DNA from: Eledone cirrhosa
Lineage: Eukaryota
NCBI GenBank assembly: GCA_964016885.1
Contig: OZ024740.1
Span: forward strand, 267,964,001-268,028,000
DNA: 64,000 nucleotides
Direction: 5' to 3'
Part shown: one piece after another, positions 1 through 13,130 of the stretch
Layout: each line of letters starts with the position of its first letter
Numbering within the stretch: position 1 is the stretch's first letter
The notes under the pieces: model-generated
Told to the model about the DNA's origin: nothing
The model's database searches: none
Seen by the model: the letters and a program-made list of their open reading frames with translations, nothing else
Position numbers and translations under genes: made by a program

Positions 1-14
1 TCCATCTCAACTCA

Positions 15-52
15 CCTTTTGAAAAGCAGAAGAACTGCGAAACCGGTAAAGG
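15..52 (+). ncRNA. Type I minimal hammerhead ribozyme, U3-A8 core variant
   Basis: cctt-TTGAAAA-gcag(aagaa)ctgc-GAAA-ccgg-TA^aagg. Stem I cctt/aagg, stem II gcag/ctgc, palindromic stem III ACCGGT. A (TA)n tract follows about 75 bp later. Confidence 0.7.
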
Positions 53-121
53 AACCAAATAAATATATATATTTTTTAAAATAATAAGACTTCAGTTGCA
101 TTTTCGATTTCATCCCTTTTT

Positions 122-165
<44 letters not shown>

Positions 166-170
<5 letters not shown>

Positions 171-325
171 TATGTATACCTACATACATATATGTATACA
201 GACGTACACCAATATGTATATATATACATATATGCACACATATATACATGTACGTATGGATTTACCGAGTAACAGCCGTACTAAGAGTGAGAAATGAAAT
301 TTCGTTTCATTTTTTCCATTTATAT
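166..325. mobile_element. Short TA-flanked fragment of the family at 30478-31017 (rearranged PLE terminus)
   Basis: 166-267 matches 30537-30636; 268-323 is the reverse complement of 30478-30531. Confidence 0.6.
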
Positions 326-351
326 ATATATACATACATATGTGTGTGTGC

Positions 352-395
<44 letters not shown>

Positions 396-529
396 AGGGA
401 GACACAAAGCAGGCTTTGTTTACAAACGGCTAGCGAATTTGAAAATTAGTTAGTAACATGTGTTTACGCCGTATTTGACTAAATATAATTCGTCTGTTAG
501 TTGGGATTTAAAAAAAAAAAACCCTGAAT

Positions 530-787
530 ATAAAAAAGGATGAGTATTGAAGTAGATTTGACACGAACCCAGAGACACCAAACATTTGAGACTGGTGAGC
601 ACTGTAATTCATGGCCGTGTGCCAAGCAGCAGGGAAAGAGAGCAGCGAAGAAGGGGTTGGATGAGCGACATTTACGCATTAACCGACAGGAATCCCTGTG
701 AGTTGATTAGAATAGTGGACAAGATTGCTTGGAGGAAATTGCGGCAGGCATCCGCGGACACTTGGGGTCTATGATGATGATGATGAT
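530..787 (+). mobile_element. RTE-clade LINE 3' end with (TGA)n tail
   Basis: Translation VIHGRVPSSREREQRRRGWMSDI...DKIAWRKL resembles the RTE C-terminus (G...G.R.RGRP...W.D...DR..WR). It ends in tgatgatgatgatga. Confidence 0.65.
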
Positions 788-859
788 ATCCAAATATTTG
801 TATCGAATGTCTAATTTTGTGAGACTTGAAATGATATATTGAACACAATGAGGTTCATC

Positions 860-1092
860 AGATTGGGACACTTACCCCAGTTTGACTGGTATTAAGTGGC
901 AGAGAGTACTAGGCAACCCCTAGACATGACGCCAGTCTATCGCATTGTTAATCTCTTTTTTATCCTGTTATTCATTTTCATCTAATTTGACTAGTGTATC
1001 GTCAAATGAAGTATTTTCATGCTACCCGATCCAGGAATTAAACTTACGACATGGCATACGTAAGCCGAACGTCTTAACTACTAGGCCACGCA
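860..1092 (-). mobile_element. Degenerate tRNA-head SINE (family B, V-domain-like)
   Basis: Reverse complement has gcgtggcctagtagttaag (A box) and gcgatagactggcgtcatgtctagggg, similar to 36917-37180. Confidence 0.6.
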
Positions 1093-1193
1093 CATATTTC
1101 GAGTAAGCGGGGTGTCAGGGGAAAACTTACATCTAACCGAGTCAACGCCATAGATTTTAGTACGGTGGTCGATTCTTAATCTTTTTCTGTTAA

Positions 1194-1272
<79 letters not shown>

Positions 1273-2091
1273 CTTTCTGGAAGAAATCTTTGTTCAGACC
1301 TGGTGAGGCATAGGCTTCGGCAGATTTTAAATGCCCGTGACACGACGTGTGCTAGGAAGGTGCCTCTACGAGTACATACGGAATTAAAGGCCATTTCCTT
1401 CTCTTTTTTTCTTTTGGAAATTCTATTAGTGAAATTTGGCTACATGTATTCTGTACAAAAGTCAGTGAGGCAGTCTCTGCTAGCAGGTTGTAATCTGTTA
1501 TCCCGTTTACTCATCCAAAGCCGTACATAGCGCCGGTATTACCAATAAGCTAACTAGGCAGACACTTAGGGTACATGCTTCAGAGAGATGAATTACTGAA
1601 TCTTTAAAGTTTATACAAATTCATATAATTAATTTAAATGTAAAATAATTTCCTGCCATAACGTAATTAATCACTAAGCATCATTGCTACGATAGAGCGT
1701 TGTGGAAATATCCCAAACAGCGGAAAGAGTCGTCTGGTTGTAGGACATGTAGCATGATTTTCCGTGGGTTAATGTGAACTGTGTAGTAGAAAATGCAGGC
1801 TTGATAATTTTCTTAGTATATTCCGAGCAAAATGTATAAAAAATTAGGTGTATTTATAGCGATGAGTTTTGATGATCATGTTGGTAGTTGATGGTGTTGT
1901 GGTGTTGATTCGTTTGTTGCGTGTGTGCTCACTTGTAGCTTCCTGTGTCGTGTGGTCAGTGTTTTGTGATATTGTGACCAGATGTGTGCAGGTAAGTGAG
2001 CAAGTGTTCATTAAAATGATGATGATATGATAGTTCCTTGATCACGAAGAAAATGAATATGTATAAATGAACTACAATGACACCCAACCGC

Positions 2092-2233
2092 TAGAGTTAC
2101 GGCCCTTGCCATTCTGAGTTCAAATCCCGCCGAGGTTAACTTTGCCTTTCATCCTTATGGGGTCGATAAAATAAAGTTCCAGTAATACACTGGGTAATTG
2201 CTGGCCTTGTGCCAAAAGTAGAAACAATTATTA
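2092..2233 (+). mobile_element. SINE family A copy (Deu/Nin-domain-like), 5' truncated
   Basis: gagttcaaatcccgccgaggttaactttgcctttcatccttatggggtcgataaaataaag...ggccttgtgccaaaagtagaaacaattatt; about 25-30 copies in the window. Confidence 0.85.
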
Positions 2234-2963
2234 ATTTATTGAAAATAGCTTACACCGGAGCTATACGAAAAATACACAAGAATTATGGACGTTATATGTT
2301 TGTTTGTTTAAAATAGAAACAGTTATTTGCTTGTTTGTAAAAGTAGAATTAAATTGTATTTACCAAGAAAACTTCATGAACTTTACTGGCTTGGTTAAGA
2401 GAGAGACCAAGAGATAGAGATTGAGTGAAAGAGAGAGTATAAGAGAAAGCAAGAGTCTGTAAGACCAGGAGAGAGAGAGTAAGAGTCTGTAAGACCCCCA
2501 AGGGGTCTGTAGAAAGCAAATGTTTTACTTTCCGAACTGCTGCTGGATAGATCTAAGGTAGGCTATTTATCTATGTCGCTTACTCTGTCTCAAGACTTGA
2601 GAACAAAGGGCTGACTTTTAGAGGTCGTCCACTCTCAGACCTGTTCATGCCCGAAAGGAGTTAGGCCCAAAAAATGACCATTAAATGCCACTCAAGGTGT
2701 GGACAGATTCCGCTACATATTAGTTTATCAACTTTTAGAAATATTTTCTTTGGGAGAATTGGGCGCACATTATAGCAAAGGGCGCTAAATAATCAGATGC
2801 TGGCCCTGCACATACATTTAGGTACCGAATCTTTAGCAGATTTCATTCACTGGAAAGAATTTGTGTTTAACCTTCTTTCTAAGAACTACTCTTCTTACCT
2901 CTCTCGGAGGCCCTGCCTGAGGTGTGATGTCGACGATGCCTCTTCCTTCTCTGCCGAAACCAC

Positions 2964-3056
<93 letters not shown>

Positions 3057-3057
<1 letters not shown>

Positions 3058-3241
3058 GTAGGTCCCGGGTTGAGTCGGGGATAACCACAGTAAGTAAGGT
3101 ACTCAATACATGGCAGAGTAAACAATTTTTATTTTATAGAAGGAGCTTCTACAGGACTAGTACTGTTTCATTCAGATGAAATCTTCAGCTTCCTGAAGAT
3201 TTCATCTGAATGAAACAGTACTAGTCCTGTAGAAGCTCCTT

Positions 3242-3248
<7 letters not shown>
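3057..3248. mobile_element. TA-flanked fold-back PLE terminal module
   Basis: (TA)n, unique segment, perfect inverted repeat of about 56 bp (3132-3188/3193-3247), (TA)n; the arms contain an HHR. Confidence 0.8.
3187..3237 (+). ncRNA. Complete type I hammerhead ribozyme
   Basis: agcttc-CTGAAGA-tttcatctgaat-GAAACAG-tactagtc-CTGTA^gaagct. 6-bp stem I, 4-bp stem III, GUA cleavage triplet. Confidence 0.85.
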
Positions 3249-3308
<60 letters not shown>

Positions 3309-3327
3309 ATATATTTTATTTATATAT

Positions 3328-3937
3328 ATATTGTTATACTTGGGGAGGGTCATATTGTTGTAATAATATTGCGAGAATTAATAACAGAACACAACTCACT
3401 CACTGTTTGGTTGGTTTTCGCTTCTGTATCTTTTATATCAGTTAATTTAATTTATTCGGTCCTCAATGTTACCATTGACTGACCTACAGTCAAAAATACA
3501 GATATAATATAGACACAAATACATATATATAGTCTAACAAAGTTCTTTCGTTGCACATCTGCAACATCGGCAGTGGTGCTATTATGTTTCCTCCTGTTGC
3601 ATTGTATGCCTACGCCATCAAAAAGATGGCATAGGCATACAATACAACAGGAGGAAACTGACGATGTTGCAGATGTGCAACGAAAGAACTTTGTTAGACT
3701 ATATATATGTATTTGTGTCTATATTATATCTGTATTTTTGACCGTTGGTCAGTCAATGGTAACATTGAGGACCGAATAAATTAAATTAACCGATATAAAA
3801 GACCCAGAAGCGAAAACCAACCAAACAGTGAGTGTGTTCTGTTATTAATTCTGGCAATATTATTACACAAATATGACCCTCCCCAAGTATAACAATATTT
3901 GTTTCGACACACGATTTCATATAAAAAAACCTCGCAA

Positions 3938-3940
<3 letters not shown>
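3328..3940. mobile_element. Long fold-back PLE terminal module (arms about 280 bp) between (TA)n tracts
   Basis: 3328-3619 is the reverse complement of 3625-3898, centre gccatc-aaaaa-gatggc. It contains CTGACGA-t-gttgca(gatg)tgcaac-GAAA-gaac-TT at 3658-3691. A partial related copy lies at 25865-26040. Confidence 0.8.
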
Positions 3941-4013
<73 letters not shown>

Positions 4014-4099
4014 TATAAACAGGCGGTTTATCAAATACTGGTCACGAAAAATTAAGCATATATCGCACTGATGCTTGGTATAAATATTTATCTTATGTA

Positions 4100-4115
4100 T
4101 TCGAAACATGTAGCT

Positions 4116-4185
<70 letters not shown>

Positions 4186-4537
4186 CATGTGTGCATGCGG
4201 GTATGTGTAGGTGTACATAACGATTAATAAACACGGTTGGCTGTTCATACGTAGACACACACACACACACACACAAAATGATAAAATCATATATAAACAA
4301 CCATAAGCCTGTATTGATATACACACACGTACATGCACAAATACATACATATATATATATATCTGTGTGTGTGTGTATGTGTGTGTCTATGTATGTATTT
4401 GTGTGTGTCTATGTATGTACGTATGTGTGTGCCTCTGTATGTATGTATGCATATATATATGTATGTATATGTGTGTGTGTGTGTATATGCATGCGTGTAT
4501 GTATGTATGTACGTTTGTATGTACGTACGTATGTGTT

Positions 4538-4568
<31 letters not shown>

Positions 4569-4898
4569 GGATGTGTGTGTATTAGTGAGAGAGCGAGTGA
4601 GAGAGAGAGTTAAAGAGAGAGAGGGAGAGAGCGAGAGTAGAGACATTGCTTTCACTATTTTCCCTTTCGCTTTCTATATTAGCACCTCTCCTTCTTTCCT
4701 CACTCTCTCTTTCACTCTCTCTCTCTCCATCTAACACTGTCTGCCTGAATAAATTATGCCAAGACTTGGTCGGTTATAGCCATGGACGACTAACTATCCA
4801 TATATGGCCCGTACATTGGAGAGCGATACCTCTAACGTTCACTAGATATTTTCTCTTCGTCTTTTGCTCTGCTAGCATGCTAGTCGCTCTCTCTCTCT

Positions 4899-4988
<90 letters not shown>

Positions 4989-5431
4989 CTCTTTCTTTCA
5001 CACACATATGCATACACACACACACACAAACACATACAGAGACACAGACACAGACACACACACATACACAGATAAACACACACACACACACACACATATA
5101 CACAGGCAAATACACACAGAGATAGACACAGACAAATACACACACAGACACACACAGACACAGATAAATACACACACACACACTCACAGACACAGACACA
5201 CACACACAGAGAGATTCAGACACACACACACTGACACAGATAAACACACACACACACACACACAGATACAGACAAAACACACAGATAAACACACACACAC
5301 ACACACATAGACACAGATAAACACACACACACACGCACACATACACAGACAAACACACACATAGACACAGACCCACACAGACACAGATAAACACACACAC
5401 ACAGACACACAGACGCAGACACAGAGAAACA

Positions 5432-5469
<38 letters not shown>

Positions 5470-5900
5470 GACACACGCACACAGAGGCACACTCACATAC
5501 ACACACAGACGCACTTTTTCTATCTATCTCACTTTCCCTTTTTATTTTTCATATATTCTCTCTCTCATTCTCTCATTCTGTCTCCCCCCTCTCTCTCACA
5601 CACACACATACATACACACACGCACACTTACACACTCACTCTCTCTCTCACTCACTATCTTTCTCTTTTCTCTCTCTTTCAGACTCTCTCTATCTCTCCC
5701 ACTCTCTCTCTCACTCACTATCTTTCTCTTTTCTCTCTCTTTCAGACTCTCTCTATCTCTCCCACTCTCTCACTCACTTTCTCTTTCTTTTATTTCTCAC
5801 ACATTTTCTTTCTCTATCTCTCCATCTCTCTCTATCTCTCTCAATCTCTCATTCTGTCTCTCTCCCAGACACTCACACACACTCGCTTTCTCACACATGC
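4100..5900. repeat. Compound microsatellites (TA/TG/GA/CT/CA) and a CA-based degenerate repeat
   Basis: Direct inspection; recurring acacagataaacacac units at 5030-5500. Confidence 0.9.
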
Positions 5901-6020
5901 TCTCTCTCCCTCCCCCCTCTCTCTCTTTCACATACACTTTCTATATATCTCTCACTTTCTCACAATCTCTTTTTATTTTTCACACATTCTCTCTCACTTT
6001 CTCATCCCCCCTCTCACCCC

Positions 6021-6052
<32 letters not shown>

Positions 6053-6264
6053 TTGCTCTATCACCTTCTCTCGATCTCTTTCACACATTTACTTACTCTA
6101 TCTCTCTCACTCACTTTCTCTCGCTTTTTATTTTTCACACACTCGCTATATATATATATATATATATATCCCTCACTCCTCCCGTCTCTCACTACCCACC
6201 CTCCCTTCACCTTTCTCTCCCTCCCTCTCTTGCTCTCTTCCTATTTTTCTCTCTCTCTCGCTCC

Positions 6265-7050
6265 CTCTCTCTTTCAAACTTTCTTTTTTACATACTCTCG
6301 CTGCGTCTCTCACATAACCCCTCCTTCCCCCTCTCTCTCCCCCCGCTGTCTCTCTCTCTTTCAAACTTTCTCTCTTACATAGTCTCGCTTCGTCTCTTAC
6401 ATAAGCCACCCTCCTTCCCCCGCTCTCTTTCAAACTTTCTCTCTTACATAGTCTCGCTGCGTCTCTCACATAAGCCCTCATTCCCCCTCTCTCTCTCACT
6501 CACCCCCTCTCTCTATCCATCACCCCGTCTCTCTCCCTCCCCCCCTCTCTCTCTCTCTCTCTCTCTTTCAAACTTTCCCTCTTACATAGTCTCGCTGCGT
6601 CTCTCACATAACCCCTCCTTCCCCCTCTCTTTCTCACTAACCCCTTCTCTCTATCCATCCCCCCTCTCTTTCTTTCAAGCTTTCTCTCTTACAAAGTCTC
6701 GCTGCGTCTCTTACATAACCCCTCATTCCCCCTCTCTCTCTCACTCACCCCCTCTCTCTATCCATCACCTGTCTCTCTCCCTCCCCCCTCTCTCTCTTTC
6801 AAACTTTCTCTCTTACATAGTCTCGCTGCGTCTCTTACATAACCCCTCATTCCCCCTCTCTCTCTCATTCCCCCCGTCTCTCTCCCACCCCCTCTCTCTC
6901 TCTCTCTCTTTCAAACTTTCTCTCTTACATAGTCTGCTGCGTCTCTTACATAAGCCACCCCCCCTCTCTCTCACTCCCCCGTCTCCCTCCTCTCTCTCTT
7001 TCAAACTTTCTCTCTTACATAGTCTCGCTGCGTCTCTTACATAAGCCACC
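6265..7050 (+). repeat. Minisatellite, about 8 variable-length units
   Basis: Core ctttcaaactttctctcttacatagtctcgctgcgtctcttacataa recurs at about 6271, 6358, 6427, 6565, 6673, 6796, 6908 and 6998, with CT-rich spacers. Confidence 0.9.
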
Positions 7051-7420
7051 TCCCTTCCCTCCTTTTTTCTCTGGTTATTTTTGTTTGTAGTTTTGCATAA
7101 GCGTGCCTCCGTGTGTGCGTGTGTGTGTAGCTGTATATCTGCATGTGTACACAATATGTAAATATGTCTGTGTATTTGTGTCAGCTTGTGTGTCAGCTAG
7201 TGGGTTATGGAGTTTTTCTTTTGTAGTGTAATATATATATGTATGTATGTATGTATGATTGTATGTATGTATAATACGTATGTATTATATGTATTATATG
7301 TATGTATGTATGTTGACTTGTATGTATGTATGTATCTGTGTGTGTGTGTGTGTGTGTGCGTGTGTATATGTATGTATGTATATATATGTATTTATATATA
7401 TATATATACATATATGTGTG

Positions 7421-7486
<66 letters not shown>

Positions 7487-7585
7487 TATGTATATATACA
7501 TATATATATATACATATATGTATGTATAAATATATATATGTATATATATAAATGAAATAAATATCTTATGTCGTTTATTACATAA

Positions 7586-7641
<56 letters not shown>

Positions 7642-7670
7642 TTATGTAATAAACGACATAAGATAGTTAT

Positions 7671-7731
7671 TTCATTTACCAGTGGTTTCTTGAAGACAGA
7701 TGTTGCGTCTGTGTTCAGTCGTCAGAATGAA
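7671..7731 (-). ncRNA. Complete type I hammerhead ribozyme (CUGACGA core)
   Basis: Minus strand: ttcatt-CTGACGA-ctgaacacagacgcaacatctgtcttcaa-GAAACC-act-GGTA^aatgaa. 6-bp stem I, long stem II. Confidence 0.85.
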
Positions 7732-7834
7732 TAAAACACATGGTGTTTTTATTAAATATGGATTTGAAAACAAAATTTAGGAAATATGAAAGTGAGGCTG
7801 AAAAAGACGGGCGAAAAGGAAATAGGGAAAAAAA

Positions 7835-7865
<31 letters not shown>

Positions 7866-8107
7866 AATAGCCAGAACGTAAACATACACACAATCAACTA
7901 CGCGCATATACTAAAAAGTACGTAGACGTATACTTATACGAAGCTCTGCAGCCTATATAGAGCACTTTTTTTCCTGTACCATTTCGACGGAAACACTTAA
8001 TTTACATATATATATATATATATAAAATATAAAAAAAATAATGAATAAAACAATGAAACAGTTCCTTATATTAAACAAAAAAAGTTCATTATTTAACGAT
8101 CGTCATA

Positions 8108-8298
8108 GGGCGGTGAATTGGCAGTATCGGTAGAGGGTTGGACGCCATGCTTTCTAGCATAGTTACGTCCCTTTACAGTCTGAGTTCAAATCCCGCCGAG
8201 GTTAACTTTGCCTTTCATCCTTACGGGGTCGATAAAATAAAGTACCAGTAATGTACTGGGTAGTTGCTGGCCTTGTGCCTAAAGTAGAAACAATTATT
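8108..8298 (+). mobile_element. Full-length SINE family A (tRNA head plus Deu/Nin-like core)
   Basis: A box (tggcagtatcggtag), B box (gagttcaaatccc), core gcctttcatccttacggggtcgataaaataaagtacc, AT-rich tail. Confidence 0.9.
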
Positions 8299-8689
8299 TA
8301 ACGATCGTTTCTAGGATATATATGTGTTAGAATTGGCATGCATATTCAACAGATCTATGTACAAAATTATACAAAATTATACAAACTATCAAAATTAAAT
8401 ATACATACTAAACACATATATATGCCGTCTTCAGAAATAATGAAATATATTTATTGATAATAACAACAATTCAAAATTTTAGGTCCGTTTGGGAACAGAG
8501 TTCAAATTGACCAATGAAAATACAAAAAATTTTATGCAGTTAGGTGTGTGTATATACATGTAATTAACTTCGTACACATATTTGCATAAAGATATATGTT
8601 CACATGCCTACGCATGCCAAAAAGATGTATGTAAATACAAAAATTCAAGGCTAATGTCTCTGTAAGTTTATAATCTACAGATAAAATGC

Positions 8690-9097
8690 GTATAGACACA
8701 TAAATATAAAATAAATGTATACACACATTCATATACTCACACATATTCGTACACTCACACACACACGCGCGTATATGCATAAACATACACATAACTACGA
8801 ACATACATACACACCCCCCCCCCCACACACATATATATGTGTATATAGTATTATCATAAGCATATGGACATTAATGCACGCACATAAACACTGCCACACA
8901 TATTTAGATCAGGATACAGAAATTAGGTGGGAGGGGGGGAGAGGTCAGTATTCAACGGTGTCGGCAGACTGCCTATTTATAAATGTATCTATAAACTTAG
9001 AAATAAAAAGAAAAGAAAAAGAAAGAAGAAATATATCAAGAAAATATATATATATATATATACACACACACATACACACACACACACACACATATAC

Positions 9098-9129
<32 letters not shown>

Positions 9130-9493
9130 ATATACACATATATACACACATATATACACACACATATATATATACATATACATACACATACATATATATA
9201 TACAAACAAGTAAAATATAAAATATACATCGATATACATACATATAGGCATATAAATAAATACACACGCATACACACACATACATATACATACATATACA
9301 TACACATATATACAAACACATACATACACATACATATACATACACATACCATATAAATACACATACACATACACACACGCATACATATAGAGACACATAC
9401 ATATACACATATAAATACATAGACACATACACACATAAACACACATATATATATATATATATATATATTTTTACACACATATACACATACACG

Positions 9494-9550
<57 letters not shown>

Positions 9551-9862
9551 TCACAACACACGTATATATATACACACTCATACATATACACATATATACA
9601 TATATATACATATATACATATATATACACATATATACATATATATATATATATACATATACAGACACATCTACACACATATATATATAAACACACTCATA
9701 TATAAACACACATACACATACGTACCCACATATAAATATATATATATATATAAATATATATATACATATATATATATATATACATTGAGTTCTTCATACG
9801 GATTGGACACTACCGTAAACTCTTGGTAGATTTATCTACATATATATATATATATATATATA
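8690..9862. repeat. (TA)/(CA) compound microsatellite
   Basis: Direct inspection. Confidence 0.9.
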
Positions 9863-10057
9863 AAACGAAGGAATTGTGGTAAGGAACCAGATGGACCATA
9901 ACGCACCAGAGTACTCAATACTTAGGGTAGTAGAGTGGGTAATAGGAAAAAGTATGACCCCGACAGCAGAGCTCAAGCCGTTTCGACGGCTATTTCTAGA
10001 CAGTCTAGAAATAGCCGTCGAAACGGCTTGAGCTCTGCCGTCGGGATCATACTTTTT

Positions 10058-10061
<4 letters not shown>
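9863..10061. mobile_element. TA-flanked fold-back module with the 3' half of an HHR (family also at 14191, 24828, 32363, 50350)
   Basis: Inverted repeat 9943-10061. The arm carries tagccgtc-GAAACGGC-ttgagctct-GCCGTC^gggatc (stem III plus GUC). Confidence 0.75.
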
Positions 10062-10110
<49 letters not shown>

Positions 10111-10113
<3 letters not shown>

Positions 10114-10276
10114 GGAAAATTTGAACAGGAACAAAACAGAGAGGCAGTACAACGCATGTTTATTAATTTCACGCTCTTGAGAGTGGGGTGGTGGTGGGGA
10201 ACGACGTTTCGGGCATAAGCCCTTCTTCAGGTGAAAAGTGTGTGGGAAGAGAGTTCAAAGGGTGTGTAGGGGAGTG

Positions 10277-10280
<4 letters not shown>
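10111..10280 (-). mobile_element. PLE 3' terminal fragment with HHR (same family as 51190-53855)
   Basis: Minus strand CTGAAGA-a-gggc(ttat)gccc-GAAAC-GTC at 10203-10230; near-identical to 51200-51363; TA on both sides. Confidence 0.85.
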
Positions 10281-10323
<43 letters not shown>

Positions 10324-10449
10324 TATATATCGTTTTTCTTTCACGCTCTGTCTGTGTCAGTCTCCCTTCTTTTTCTATCTCTCGTTCTCCCACTCTCTCT
10401 GTTTCTCTCACCCCCCACCATTTTTTTCTCTCTCTACACACACGCTCTG

Positions 10450-10492
<43 letters not shown>

Positions 10493-10520
10493 TAGAAAGA
10501 GAGAAAGATAGAATGTGTGA

Positions 10521-10575
<55 letters not shown>

Positions 10576-10906
10576 GAATAAATACGTGTGTGTAATTGAA
10601 AGAGTATATGTGTGCTTATGTATATATGTGTATGAGTGTGTGTGTATCAACTGTAAAAGCACGTTCTATACGAATGTACCCACTTATATCGACATGTGTA
10701 TATTTGTGTGTGTTTGTGTATGTACCTATATCCGTATATATTTGTGTATATGTATCTGTGTGAGTATGTGTGCGTCTGTATGCATCAGTATGCATCTTTA
10801 TGAATCTATGTGTCTGTATGTATCTGCATGTACGTATGTTTGTACCTGTGTTAGATTGGATATAGTATAATAACTTCTTACCTAGATACTCACCTTTTAT
10901 TTGATA

Positions 10907-12389
10907 CTAGCAGTAGTACCCGGCGTTGCATGGGATAAGGTATTGTGAACTATATAACCGCCTTAGCTAAGCTTAGTATTACCACAGCCACGGCTGGCAA
11001 AGAAGTAAGGGTCTGGTGGTACGTAAGTAAGCAACACTGTGGCTTAAAACGCGAGGAAGAAGTTGTGTGCACTTACCAACTGTTTGGGGAATGAGTGTGA
11101 GATTTGTCTTGAGCAAGGGTGGCAGAATAACCGAATGCAGCAGACAGCCAGACATACAGACAGATATTATAAGGGCGCGTTTTGGACGCAGAGCGAATTG
11201 TAGGAAGTGACGTAATGCAGACAGCCGGACATACAGACAGATATTTTAAGACCTTATATGTGTGTATCTATCTAAAAAGAGAAAGACTAAGAATCGCCTA
11301 ATGCGGTCCCTAGGGCATTGAAAATTTGAAATTTTTTTTTTGCTCAGAACACTCCCTGAAACATAAGTATTACATGTGTAAAGTTTGAAAACAGTCGGTT
11401 GGGTGCTTCTCTAGTTTTAGGGATTCAAACTCACACACACATAGACAGACATCCTCAGTTTTATATATATATACTAGCAGAAAACCGCCCACTGATGGTT
11501 TTCTGCTATATATATATATATATTACACACACACAGAAATGTATATATGTTTCTGTAGCACTCCTCAATTCCCCCCTCTCTCCCTCCCGCTATCCTCCTC
11601 TTGTAGTCTGTCTCTTTCTTTCACTCTCACTCTCTCTCTACGCGTGCGCAAAAAACATTCGCACGCGCGCACGTGTTTCCCTACTGTCGGACAGACAGAT
11701 AGACAAACAGAGAAATTGCTGGTTATATATTATAAGGAGATGGAAATTAAATCGTATTTAAATTTTTAACCTTATTTTATTATTTATATTTTTTCAATAA
11801 GAAATAAAAAAAAACAACAAAATAGAATTGAAGAAAAAAATGAACAAATCAAACGTAGGTTATGGAACTGCGCAATCTGATTAATACATTACCTCATCAG
11901 CAGCAACCTTCTTCAAATGGTCCTTATTATCAGCAGCAACAACCACAAATTCAATGGCAACCTTCTTCAAACCACAAATTCAATGGCAACCTTCTTCAAA
12001 TGGTCCTTGGCATGGTGTCAAGTCAGAACCGCCTCGAACTGGTTACTTCTGGCTTGTGCAAGGTGTCTCTATAGTAACCAGTGATTCCCTCGGCCTCAGT
12101 GACCAAAGTCAGTGGAGAGGGGAAGGTAATGTTTCTATAGCGACAGTGTTTCTCTTGGTAGTACCAAAGTGGAGAAAGGAAGGGGAAGGTAATATTTCTG
12201 TAGCACGTGTTTTAGCGTCTATTCACTCTCTCTCTCTCCCTTTCTCCCTCCCGCAGTCTGTCTCTTTCTTTCACTCTCACTCTCTCTCTACGCGTGTGCA
12301 AAAAACATTCGCACGCACGCACGTGTTTCCACTGTCGGACAGACAGACAGACAAACAGAGAAATTGCTGGTTATATATATATAAGTAGA
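10907..12389 (-). mobile_element. Tandem or nested non-autonomous Helitron-like elements
   Basis: Minus-strand 3' ends with GC-rich segment plus CTAG-T at 10907 and 11474. 5' ends are TC/TATATAA followed by tgtctgtctg repeats (about 11470, 11740, 12389). Internal duplication 11600-11730 vs 12255-12380. Confidence 0.6.
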
Positions 12390-12560
12390 TAGTTTATTCA
12401 CGTTTCGTCGTTTGTTTTCCTAAATTTTACGGCATGTAAACCAGGTGACATTAATTTTGTCAATCTTCTTCCACTGATCTATCTATCTAATCTACCTAAC
12501 AATACAGTTATTTCCATCACATCACCCCACTCTCTCTCTCTCTCTTGATATATATATATA

Positions 12561-12830
12561 CTAGCCGAATTACCTGCACCTTGCTGCGTTTCACACAATT
12601 TTTTTGTAAGAAAATGATGATTGATTTTAAAATCAGTGATATAATTTATGGAGAAAAAACTCTGCATTTCAATATTACTCAATGTAAAATGTAATGCATG
12701 AAAAATTGGAAAACATTATTTTTTGTAATATATCAAATCAAAATTAGATTATTAAATCTTATTTTTATTTTGTTTCTTGTAAATAATAAAAAAAAAAATA
12801 TCAATTCAAAACTTAATCATTTAATTTTTG
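12561..12830 (-). mobile_element. Helitron-like 3' part (same family as 61249-61734)
   Basis: ctagccgaattacctgcaccttgctgcg plus about 250 bp matching 61249-61490. Confidence 0.7.
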
Positions 12831-12912
12831 TGTAAAGTTTTTTCAAAGTTTTTTTCAAAGTTTAATTATTTATTTTTTAACATAATAAATACTTGAAAAT
12901 ATATTTCATATT

Positions 12913-13130
12913 TCTTCGGGAGCTTCCGCCGGTCGCAGATTTTGGTCCAGGCGGCGTTTCTGTGCTCCTCGATCTGCGCGTGAGTGATCCCTGTGACTTT
13001 AGAGTAGAGGCTGTCATCGTCAAGGTGTTGGAGGGCTAGGGTGTTGTAGGCCTCTCTGCTGATGACGCAGAATTCTTTTATTACCTTGTCGGAGGGGAGG
13101 TAGATGAGGTTCCTCGATGAGTTTAGTGTC
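12913..13130 (-). pseudogene. Penelope-like RT N-terminal fragment
   Basis: Open minus frame SSRNLIYLPSDKVIKEFCVISREAYNTLALQHLDDDSLYSKV resembles the PLE motif I.PADKG...V......Y......L.D...Y. Confidence 0.65.

Noticed and set aside
2590-2720. GC-richer segment resembling a small ncRNA
   Set aside because: No consistent fold or box motifs could be established by eye.
6265-7050. CRISPR-like repeat-spacer appearance
   Set aside because: The spacers are related low-complexity CT tracts of variable length, the context is eukaryotic and there are no cas genes.
8108-8200. tRNA gene
   Set aside because: The A and B boxes belong to SINE heads; there is no cloverleaf and the sequence continues into the SINE core.
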